Source: Parcubacteria group bacterium (GTDB lineage: Bacteria; Patescibacteriota; Patescibacteriia; UBA2169). Taken from it: DNA of 64,000 nucleotides. This document shows, piece after piece, positions 18,115 to 25,652 of the stretch. Position 1 is the stretch's first letter, and the number at the start of each line of letters is the position of its first letter. The notes beneath the pieces were generated by a model. The model saw only the letters and a list, made by a program, of their open reading frames with translations, did not search any database and was not told where the DNA came from. The stretch lies in contig JACOYR010000004.1 of NCBI GenBank assembly GCA_016181765.1, forward strand, positions 115,937 to 179,936, read 5' to 3'. The translations under genes and the position numbers were made by a program.

Positions 18115-18375
18115 TTGTCATTACCATATACTGCTTTTACTACTAACTGTATGAAAATCAAGTACGACAAAACAACTGACACGCTTTACGTTGAATTTTT
18201 GGATACCACGGTCACCACCAAGCGGCTATCGGACGACATTGCCGTTGATTATGATGCCGCCGGAAAACTGGCCGGCATTGAGGTGCTGGGCGCGAAACAT
18301 CTCGTTTCAGAGGAATGGCCCAACCGGCATGTGGAATACCAGGAAGACGCGCTTGCGAAAGTGCAGCGGCTCTAG
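18115..18375 (+). CDS. DUF2283-family small protein
   Basis: MKIKYDKTTDTLYVEF... pattern typical of DUF2283. Confidence 0.55.
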   Translation: MSLPYTAFTTNCMKIKYDKTTDTLYVEFLDTTVTTKRLSDDIAVDYDAAGKLAGIEVLGAKHLVSEEWPNRHVEYQEDALAKVQRL

Positions 18376-18408
18376 CGGCTGGCGTGTGCTTTGCGAACGG
18401 ACGCGGCG

Positions 18409-18819
18409 TTAACCGCGCTTTTTTGGGATGATGTCCGGCTCACGCCCGTACTCGGGTATGATGATGGCTGGGGTTTTTGACGTTTTGCGGCGGCGTTTGA
18501 ACAACACAGCTATTTTATCAATCCCCTGTTCTTTTGAAACGCCGACAACAGGAATCTGCAATGCGTATGCCAAGGCATTGGCCGTTGCAATGCCGATGCG
18601 CAGGGACACGAACGAACCCAGGCCGCGGACGCAGGCGATGCCGCGTATATCTGACAGTGACGCTTTTGCCTGCGAAAGCATGCGCTGAATTGACGCTAAT
18701 AATTTTTCCGAATGCTGGCGGTTTGATGCGACGGTTTTTGTGCGGACGACTCCCCCGTCATTCACCAGTGCGACGGCAAATGAGTCGCGCTCGGTTGTAT
18801 TGATATAAAGATACATCAC
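18409..18819 (-). CDS. tsaB: tRNA threonylcarbamoyladenosine biosynthesis protein TsaB (YeaZ-like)
   Basis: N-terminal Kae1/YeaZ fold pattern (LYINTTERDSFAVAL...GSFVSLRIGIATANALAYAL). Confidence 0.8.
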   Translation of the reverse strand: MMYLYINTTERDSFAVALVNDGGVVRTKTVASNRQHSEKLLASIQRMLSQAKASLSDIRGIACVRGLGSFVSLRIGIATANALAYALQIPVVGVSKEQGIDKIAVLFKRRRKTSKTPAIIIPEYGREPDIIPKKRG

Positions 18820-18852
18820 GGTGATAGTAGTATTTCAGGAGCAAAAAGTAAA

Positions 18853-18878
18853 CCCCGCCTTATCCGAAGGCGGGGCCT
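18853..18878 (-). terminator. Stem-loop ccccgcctt-atccg-aaggcgggg downstream of hypothetical gene
   Basis: 9-bp perfect stem. Confidence 0.35.
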
Positions 18879-19245
18879 AGTGGTTTGCGTGGTTCGGAAA
18901 CCGCTCACGCAGTTTTTGCGGAAAGTTCGGGTGCCGGGCATACTCGCGGAACGCCCTGCGCTCAACGCCGGCTGGGGCGCGCGCCATTGCCCGCGCGAAC
19001 GCGCATGCGAGCTTCCATACGCCCCTCGCAACAGTCCTCCCTTCCGCATGCTCAATGAGCGTCCTGATGTGCGGGAGGTAGCGCGCGATGTACACCCACG
19101 AGAGCGCCGCGGCGCGCACCCACCGGTGCGTTGCCCAGTGGAGCAGGTACTCCTCTTCGGAACGCGGGTACGCGTACCGCGCGAGCCGGGACACGACAAC
19201 AAGGAACAATTGCAGCCCTGTAAGCGCTCCGAGAAATTGGAGCAC
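18877..19245 (-). CDS. Hypothetical protein (122 aa, GTG start with strong GGAAGGAGG SD)
   Basis: Consensus SD 6 nt upstream of GTG; N-terminal hydrophobic segment. Confidence 0.4.
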   Translation of the reverse strand: MLQFLGALTGLQLFLVVVSRLARYAYPRSEEEYLLHWATHRWVRAAALSWVYIARYLPHIRTLIEHAEGRTVARGVWKLACAFARAMARAPAGVERRAFREYARHPNFPQKLRERFPNHANH

Positions 19246-19292
19246 GCTTTACCTCCTTCCCGTGTAAGTGAACGGGTAAAAAGGCGCCGTGG

Positions 19293-19320
19293 GCAGCAGG
19301 CCACGGCGCCGATGTCTCTG
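19293..19320 (-). terminator. Rho-independent terminator of dapB (ggcgccgtgg...ccacggcgcc plus T5 on minus strand)
   Basis: 10-bp GC stem followed by TTTTT. Confidence 0.55.
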
Positions 19321-19413
19321 CGGGGAACCCGCCTTGAGAGAGGTCCGCGGCCACCGCGGGCTGCCAGGCTCCCAGAGCCGCGACCGGTGAGGATGCGCGG
19401 CTCGCGCAGAGGC

Positions 19414-20289
19414 CTACGTCCAGATGTGCATGTTCGCGGGATTGGGCAGGCGCATCACGTCCCGCATGCGGTACACCTTCCCCTCAAAGCCGCCCGCGAC
19501 CGGCCCGGACGAGAGGGGCGAGCAGAACATGATGGCCAAAAGCGCGCCGAGCGCGAAACTCACTGTTGAGTATGCGCGCTGCTCCAGCACGAGCAAATCG
19601 TGCTGGCCTGCGAAATACACCTCATGCTCTCCAGGAAGTCCGCCGAGCCTATGCCCGGTAACCGAGATGTCACTCTCCTTGCGTTCCGCTCCCGGCCGCG
19701 CCCCGTGGCGCTGGATGACGGCTTCGGGATCAAGTCCGCGTCCTCGGGCAATGCTCCGCGCATACATCAGGGCGGTCCCGCTTAAGGGGCCCGCTTTCCG
19801 GTTGTGGTGCTTGTCCGTAACCCCAGCGTCATAGCCCGGAAAAACCTTGGCCCAGACCTCGGCGGTCCAGTCAACAAGCGTAGCTGCGGGGCTGAAGTTC
19901 GGCGCGTCCAGCACCAGCTCTCCGCGCACGGCCATCTCCTTTAGGTACTGCACGGTCGCGGGCGGAAGATCTGTGGAACCCACCACATGCCTTTTGAACC
20001 CGTTCTGAACCGCCTCCTGCATGCGTTTCAAAACTTGGTCGCCCTTTGTGGCATAGAGCACTACGGTTCCGTCCCGGTTGGAGACAAAGGCACTGGACTC
20101 GCGAGCGAGCGACGCGAATGATCCGGCCACTGCTACTCCTCCGAGTTCCTGGCTACGTTGTACGACGCCGCCATTGGGGCTCGTTACCCCGCCGACGAAC
20201 GCGCACGCTTCGGACTCAAGGATAGCACGGCACACGGGTCTGCCCAGCGCCTTCCCGTACGGACCTACCACTATGACCGGGATTTTCAC
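19414..20289 (-). CDS. dapB: 4-hydroxy-tetrahydrodipicolinate reductase (DapB)
   Basis: N-terminal Rossmann motif (IVVGPYGKALGR), HHNRKAGPLSGTA matches DapB HHRHKxDAPSGTA signature. Confidence 0.85.
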   Translation of the reverse strand: MKIPVIVVGPYGKALGRPVCRAILESEACAFVGGVTSPNGGVVQRSQELGGVAVAGSFASLARESSAFVSNRDGTVVLYATKGDQVLKRMQEAVQNGFKRHVVGSTDLPPATVQYLKEMAVRGELVLDAPNFSPAATLVDWTAEVWAKVFPGYDAGVTDKHHNRKAGPLSGTALMYARSIARGRGLDPEAVIQRHGARPGAERKESDISVTGHRLGGLPGEHEVYFAGQHDLLVLEQRAYSTVSFALGALLAIMFCSPLSSGPVAGGFEGKVYRMRDVMRLPNPANMHIWT

Positions 20290-21176
20290 TACTCACCTCC
20301 CTTTCGGGTTGGGGTTATCCTGCGTTGAGGTTGAACAACGTCAGTCACATCATCCTTAAACCCCCCGTGCTCGCGCGGCCAATCGTGGATGGCATTCACA
20401 AGCGTGTCATAGGGATAGATAAACTCTTCACCGCGCCGTGTGCCAGGATCATTGGTGATAAACTGCGTTGGCGTGTACCCGCGGATGATGAGCATGTGGT
20501 ACAGGGGCCCGTCTCCGGTAAAATTTGGGTTCCCGAGCATCCGGCCCGCAGCAGGGATAATGACGAGCTTGTTTGATGAGATGCGGCGCTTGATGTTATC
20601 AACGCTCACATCATCATCCAGCACTGCGGAACCCTTAAAATATTCCTGCCAGATGAACGCCACTTCTGCGGCTGTGGTGTCTTCGTAGTACCCGAACGTA
20701 TTCTGCTCCCAGGCAACCAGTTCTCTGATTGCCTCATCCATTTGTTCCGCGGACAAACTCTCGCCGAAAAAAAATCTATCAGCCATGATAAGGGACGCTT
20801 CTTCGCACGCTTCCTGATAGGGCAATGACCAATCAGCATGCGGAGCTTGGGATTGGAACGGGACCGCAAGGTTGTACTCAACCGGAATTCCCCCTCCTGT
20901 AACTCCGGGGTCCCCAGAAACTGCCGAAGGCATTTCTGGGGTGGAACTGAGGGGGACGGGGGGTGGTGACGCGCCCTCGCTGTCATTGCGAGGAGCCCCG
21001 TCCGGCGCATCATTAAGATTGCTTCGCTCCCCCGCCGAATCGGCGGGTTCGCTCGCAATGACATCAGAGTATGGAACAGCCTCCGGCAAACCAGGCTCTT
21101 GGTTTGCATACCAAATAATTACAGCCCCTATAATGACGATAATTACAAAAATTTTTTTCATAAAAAAGTTATCCAC
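20289..21176 (-). CDS. Membrane-anchored secreted C39-like peptidase domain protein with low-complexity linker containing an in-frame repeat copy
   Basis: N-terminal TM, candidate Cys (EACEEAS) and His (YHMLIIRGY) of C39_2-like fold; repeat at 20890-20968 encodes PPPVPLSS...GGGI. Confidence 0.5.
   Translation of the reverse strand: MDNFFMKKIFVIIVIIGAVIIWYANQEPGLPEAVPYSDVIASEPADSAGERSNLNDAPDGAPRNDSEGASPPPVPLSSTPEMPSAVSGDPGVTGGGIPVEYNLAVPFQSQAPHADWSLPYQEACEEASLIMADRFFFGESLSAEQMDEAIRELVAWEQNTFGYYEDTTAAEVAFIWQEYFKGSAVLDDDVSVDNIKRRISSNKLVIIPAAGRMLGNPNFTGDGPLYHMLIIRGYTPTQFITNDPGTRRGEEFIYPYDTLVNAIHDWPREHGGFKDDVTDVVQPQRRITPTRKGGE
20890..20968 (+). repeat. Palindromic repeat copy 6, expanded by ~50-bp internal insert, inside C39-like peptidase gene
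   Basis: ccccctcct ... gagggggacggggggtggtg flank an inner hairpin ccagaaa..ttctgg. Confidence 0.55.
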
Positions 21177-21185
21177 AATAACCTA

Positions 21186-21214
21186 TTTGACTTTCGGTTT
21201 TTCTTCGGCTATTA
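21186..21214 (+). promoter_or_regulatory. Putative sigma70-type promoter TTGACT-N17-TATTAT upstream of the 111-aa ORF/lexA operon
   Basis: Near-consensus -35 and -10 hexamers with 17-bp spacer. Confidence 0.4.
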
Positions 21215-21244
21215 TAAAACCATAACAAACGAAAAGAAAAATAT

Positions 21245-21580
21245 ATGGCAACCTCCCTCTTCCAACTCACGCTCGCGATTACCCCGGCTCTCCTGGTGGG
21301 CGCTTTTTTAAAGCGCGTAACCATGCCCTGGGAAAAAGAGAAGCGCCCCAATGAGCGCGCTATTCTACTCCGCATGCTCGCCAAGGACGTAAGCCGCGTC
21401 AAAACCATTATGGCCGCAAACATTGCGGCAGTCAACCAGGGCCGCGCGTGCACCGTACGCAGGCTCCCCCTCTCCAACTGGAACCGCCTCAAAAAAGACA
21501 CGCGCTTCCACAAGTATTCAAGCGAACCCATTTTCCGGCACATGATCAGCCAGTTCCGCGAATGGGAGCGCGCCTATTAA
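21245..21580 (+). CDS. Hypothetical protein (111 aa) immediately upstream of lexA
   Basis: Stop 2 nt before lexA start; same strand. Confidence 0.3.
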   Translation: MATSLFQLTLAITPALLVGAFLKRVTMPWEKEKRPNERAILLRMLAKDVSRVKTIMAANIAAVNQGRACTVRRLPLSNWNRLKKDTRFHKYSSEPIFRHMISQFREWERAY

Positions 21581-21581
21581 T

Positions 21582-22169
21582 ATGACCATCATCTTACCAA
21601 ACAAAAAACAGCAGCTGCTTGATTTTTTGAAATCATACGTCAAGGACCGGGGATACGCGCCCACGCTCTCGGAGATCGCGAAAAAATTCAAGGTCTCGTC
21701 CCTAGCTACGGTGCACGAGCACATGGCGTTTTTGGAGAAGCACGGGTTCATCAAGCGCACGGGCAACATCCAGTCCCGGGAACTTGAAATTGTGAGGAGC
21801 GGAAGCAATGTGGAACCAACCTTCCTGGAAGGCAGCATGCACTCCCTGCCCCTGGTTGGATTGATTACCGCAGGAGCGCCCATTGAGGCAGTGGAGAACC
21901 GCGAAGCGGAGATCGCGGTGCCCGCGGAGATTACGCGCGGCAGGCAGTGCTATATGGACGGGGATTTGGTGATTGTGGAAAAAACCGAATACGCCAAGAA
22001 CGGGGACATGGTGGTTGCGGTGCTGGATGATGGAACCGCGACTCTGAAGAAGTTCTACAAGGAAAAGAACTACGTGCGCCTTCAGCCCGCGAACGCCAAG
22101 TACCAACCCCTGATGGTTGAGAATGTGATCATTCGCGGCAGGGTGGTGGGGATTATCAGGAAGTACTAA
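21582..22169 (+). CDS. lexA: LexA-like repressor (wHTH plus S24 peptidase domain)
   Basis: N-terminal LexA DNA-binding domain (GYAPTLSEIAKKF), Ala-Gly site (ITAGAP), MDGDLVIV and Lys (TLKKFYK) of S24 fold. Confidence 0.8.
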   Translation: MTIILPNKKQQLLDFLKSYVKDRGYAPTLSEIAKKFKVSSLATVHEHMAFLEKHGFIKRTGNIQSRELEIVRSGSNVEPTFLEGSMHSLPLVGLITAGAPIEAVENREAEIAVPAEITRGRQCYMDGDLVIVEKTEYAKNGDMVVAVLDDGTATLKKFYKEKNYVRLQPANAKYQPLMVENVIIRGRVVGIIRKY

Positions 22170-22208
22170 ATTTTGGGTGCAAGCAGTTTTTTCTGCTATA
22201 ATTTAGAT

Positions 22209-23165
22209 ATGCCGAAAATACATAAAAAAAGAAAAACGGTACTGGAACTTTGCGCGGGCGGTGGTGGACAATTTTTAGGATTAGAAGGGGCGGGATTTGA
22301 TTGTGTCGGCGCTGTTGAAATAGAGGAAGAGTATTGCCGAACTCTTACGCACAACCGACCCGGCCTAAACGTTATAAATTACGATTTAAAGCAATTTAAT
22401 GCGAAAAATTTTTTAGGGGTTGATTTAGTCGCAGGCGGGGTTCCCTGTCCTCCATTTTCCATTGCGGGCAAACAGCTAGGACAAAAGGACGATAGAGATT
22501 TATTTCCCTATGCGCTCAAAATAATAGGGCAAGCCGACCCAAAAGCGGTATTGCTTGAAAATGTTCCCGGCCTGGCTTCGGCAAAATTTGCAACCTACAG
22601 AAGAAATATTCAAAAAAAATTAACTGATTTGGGTTATTGGTCTGATTGGAAAATATTAAATGCTTCCGATTTTGGGGTGCCGCAATTGAGGCCTAGATTT
22701 ATATTGGTGGCGGTAAAAAACGGATTAAAAAATTTTTTTGAATGGCCGAGGACTCTCTCAACTAAAGTTACGGTTGGAGAAGCCCTCTTTGATTTAATGT
22801 CAGCCAATGGCTGGACAGGCGCGCATAAGTGGTTGAAAAAAGCAAACAATGTCGGCCCAACCTTAGTGGGAGGTTCAAAAAAACACGGCGGGCCTGATTT
22901 GGGGCCAACACGAGCGCGAGAGCAATGGAAAAATTTGGGAGTTGACGGATTAGGCATTGCCGATTCTGCTCCGGAAATAAAATTTCCACATAACAAACTA
23001 CCAAGGTTGACCGTGCGCATGACTGCCCGTATCCAGGGCTTCCCGGATTCCTGGCATTTTCCGGGGCGAAAAACTTCATCATACAGGCAAATTGGCAACG
23101 CTTTTCCACCCGCAGTCGCCAAAGCAGTTGGGTTTAGAATCATCAAAGCCATCCAAACAACATGA
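22209..23165 (+). CDS. DNA (cytosine-5)-methyltransferase (type II R-M, M subunit)
   Basis: Motif I LELCAGGGG, motif IV GGVPCPPFS, motif VI ENVPGL; AT-rich island. Confidence 0.9.
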   Translation: MPKIHKKRKTVLELCAGGGGQFLGLEGAGFDCVGAVEIEEEYCRTLTHNRPGLNVINYDLKQFNAKNFLGVDLVAGGVPCPPFSIAGKQLGQKDDRDLFPYALKIIGQADPKAVLLENVPGLASAKFATYRRNIQKKLTDLGYWSDWKILNASDFGVPQLRPRFILVAVKNGLKNFFEWPRTLSTKVTVGEALFDLMSANGWTGAHKWLKKANNVGPTLVGGSKKHGGPDLGPTRAREQWKNLGVDGLGIADSAPEIKFPHNKLPRLTVRMTARIQGFPDSWHFPGRKTSSYRQIGNAFPPAVAKAVGFRIIKAIQTT

Positions 23166-23734
23166 AAAGAGACAGGGAGAAAGGATCAAAACAAAAAATT
23201 CTTGATTTCCTTACCGATAATATCGGGAAAGTCGTAAACTCAAAGGAAATTCAAGAGGCTTCTGGCTGGGCCGCTGAATGGGCACGGCGCGTCCGTGAGC
23301 TGCGCGATGAACAGGGGTATCAAATTCTGTCGCACAAAGACCGCGCTGATTTGAAGCCAGGACAGTACATAATGGCCACCAAAAAAAGAAAACCGGCTTT
23401 TGCTCGCGGCATTTCCAAGGAAACAAAAGCTATAGTGTTGGAAAGAAACGGTTTTACCTGTCAAAGCTGCGGCTTAGCAGCAGGCGATCCCGACCCTTTT
23501 CACACTGGCAGGACTATCCGCCTTACTATGGGCCATATTATTGATAAATCAAAAGGCGGTCCAGATTCTCCCGAAAATTTAAAAGCTATGTGTACAAACT
23601 GTAACGAAGGATTACAGAATGCCGCCCTACCAAAACCCAATACAGTCCAGCTTCTGGCGCAGGTCAGAAGAGGCACCATTGAGAGTCAACAAGCCGTTCT
23701 TGATTGGCTTATAAAAAAATACAAAAAGCATTAA
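23162..23734 (+). CDS. HNH endonuclease, probable cognate restriction enzyme (ATGA start/stop overlap with methyltransferase)
   Basis: CxxC...H-N..CxxC HNH motif (CQSCG...GHIIDKSKGG...NLKAMCTNCN) preceded by wHTH-like domain. Confidence 0.75.
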   Translation: MKRDREKGSKQKILDFLTDNIGKVVNSKEIQEASGWAAEWARRVRELRDEQGYQILSHKDRADLKPGQYIMATKKRKPAFARGISKETKAIVLERNGFTCQSCGLAAGDPDPFHTGRTIRLTMGHIIDKSKGGPDSPENLKAMCTNCNEGLQNAALPKPNTVQLLAQVRRGTIESQQAVLDWLIKKYKKH

Positions 23735-23743
23735 CACTAGTAC

Positions 23744-24202
23744 ATGCAAGTTCACAATCCCGATTACTATAACGTTGCGCTCAAAATTATCTTAAAAAAT
23801 AAAAAAGGGAAAATTTTAGTACTCAAAAACGCCGAAGAGACCGGGGAAGGTGATTATTATGATATGCCCGGGGGTAGAATTAACACGGATGAATTTACCA
23901 CTCCATATGAAACACTTATTGACCGAGAATTAAAAGAGGAGATTGGAGGAGATGTAAAATATAAATTATCGCTTGATCCAGTTTCGTTTGGGCGACATGA
24001 ATATTTTTCTGTACGTCAAAAAAAAGAAATCCGCGTATTCTACCTGCTCTTTGAGGCAGAATATATTGCAGGTGTCCCCATAGTATCTCATGAGCACAGC
24101 GGCTATAAATGGTTGCGCCTAGAAAATATTCCATTTGAAAAATACTTTATAAAGGGAATGCTTGAGTCTGTGAAGCGATACGCGGCAAATCAAAAATCTT
24201 GA
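23744..24202 (+). CDS. NUDIX hydrolase
   Basis: Nudix box GGRINTDEFTTPYETLIDRELKEEIG. Confidence 0.85.
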   Translation: MQVHNPDYYNVALKIILKNKKGKILVLKNAEETGEGDYYDMPGGRINTDEFTTPYETLIDRELKEEIGGDVKYKLSLDPVSFGRHEYFSVRQKKEIRVFYLLFEAEYIAGVPIVSHEHSGYKWLRLENIPFEKYFIKGMLESVKRYAANQKS

Positions 24203-24263
24203 TTCACAAACAAGTATCTGATATAATGCAAACGTACTAGCGCAACTACAGATACCAGTTCAG

Positions 24264-24296
24264 AAAAACAGCCGATGCTATCGGCTGTTTTTCTTT
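24264..24296. terminator. Bidirectional rho-independent terminator (aaaaacagccgatgctatcggctgttttt)
   Basis: Perfect stem flanked by A-run and T-run between convergent nudix and rluB. Confidence 0.7.
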
Positions 24297-25021
24297 TTGA
24301 GTGATGCAATCTCCTGCGGAGTAAGTTGCCGGTACGCGCCCTCCTTGAGGCCGCCGAGTTTGATCGGGCCCATGCGTACGCGCGTGAGGGATACCACGGA
24401 TGCGCCGATGGCGTTGATCATCTGCCGCACCTGGTGCTTGCGGCCCTCGTGGATGGCGATGCAAATGAGGTACTGGCGCGCTCCAATCTTTTTGATGAAG
24501 CGCGTTTTGGCGGGGCTTGTTCTGCCGGTGGTGATCTTCACACCCTGCCGGAGCCGCTCCAGCCCTTTCTTGAGAAGCCCGGCTCCCCAGTTGCCCGGAA
24601 TCTCCACCACTGCCTCATATTCTTTCTCGTGCTCAAACTTTGGGTGCGTGAGCTCGTACACGAGCTCCCCGTCGTTCGTGAGAATGAGGAGGCCCGTGGT
24701 ATCAACATCAAGCCTGCCCACCGGAACGATCCGTTCCCGCGTTTTGACGATATCTAAAACTGTTGTGCGGCCGCGGTCATCATGCGCGGTTGAGAGCACG
24801 CCTTTGGACTTGTGCAGCAAAAAATAGACTTTAGAGCCTTCGTGTCCAAGCGGTTTGCCGTTTATGGTGATGCGGTCGCGCTGTACCTCAACCCGCGTTC
24901 CGAGTTTCGTGATCTTTTGGCCGTTGACCTTGACTCTGCCCGCACGGATCAGTTTTTCAGCGGCGCGGCGCGAGGCAGCCCCGGCGTCCGCAATTGCTTT
25001 CTGCAGCACCACTCCCTCCAT
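24278..25021 (-). CDS. rluB: 23S rRNA pseudouridine synthase RluB/RsuA family
   Basis: S4 domain plus catalytic VGRLDVDTTGLLILTNDGEL motif. Confidence 0.9.
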   Translation of the reverse strand: MEGVVLQKAIADAGAASRRAAEKLIRAGRVKVNGQKITKLGTRVEVQRDRITINGKPLGHEGSKVYFLLHKSKGVLSTAHDDRGRTTVLDIVKTRERIVPVGRLDVDTTGLLILTNDGELVYELTHPKFEHEKEYEAVVEIPGNWGAGLLKKGLERLRQGVKITTGRTSPAKTRFIKKIGARQYLICIAIHEGRKHQVRQMINAIGASVVSLTRVRMGPIKLGGLKEGAYRQLTPQEIASLKKKNSR

Positions 25022-25022
25022 G

Positions 25023-25652
25023 CTACACTCCGAGCTTGTTAATGACGGTAATCTTACGGCCGTTCAGAATGGTGAAGATGAACCTGTCCCCAAGCTCCAC
25101 GCGGTGCTGAAACTCTTTTTTGTTCATGACCGTGTACTTTAAGTCGCGGCCGCTCTCTTTGAGGTAATTTTTTACGAACTGCTCCAGCTTGGGCTTTTGC
25201 ACGCGGCCCACGATGAAAATGTCAACCGGCGATTCTGCCTGGCCCACGAACGAGCCGGCGAGCACTAAGAGGTCCATGGTGCCCACCTTCTCCAGCTGGC
25301 CGACCAGCTTCTGCTCCCCGAGCTCGCGCGACTTTAAGAGCAGGGACTTGAGCTCCGGCACCAGCAAAAAATCTTTGTTCACGCCGTAGTACTTGCGCTT
25401 GTCCTTTTCCTGGGACACCACAAGCCCCACGTCTTCCAGATTTTCCAGCTCCCGGCGCACTGAATTCAAATGCTCCCCGAGGATGCGGGCAAGCTCGCGG
25501 ATGTAGTAGTCCCGTTCGTCCGTGGGGCCCGCCAAAAAGAGCTTTAGGAGCTTTACCCGAACCTTTGACCCGAAAATGTGCTCAAGCATACACAAAATTT
25601 GTTCACTGATAGCAGATGTAGTATAATACCTTGATACCCCCACGTCAACCAC
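25023..25652 (-). CDS. Winged-helix (ArsR-like) transcriptional regulator with C-terminal nucleotidyltransferase-like domain
   Basis: HTH region (RDYYIRELARILGEHLNSVRRELENLEDVGLV) then DLLVLAGSFVGQAESPVDIFIVG. Confidence 0.4.
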   Translation of the reverse strand: MVDVGVSRYYTTSAISEQILCMLEHIFGSKVRVKLLKLFLAGPTDERDYYIRELARILGEHLNSVRRELENLEDVGLVVSQEKDKRKYYGVNKDFLLVPELKSLLLKSRELGEQKLVGQLEKVGTMDLLVLAGSFVGQAESPVDIFIVGRVQKPKLEQFVKNYLKESGRDLKYTVMNKKEFQHRVELGDRFIFTILNGRKITVINKLGV

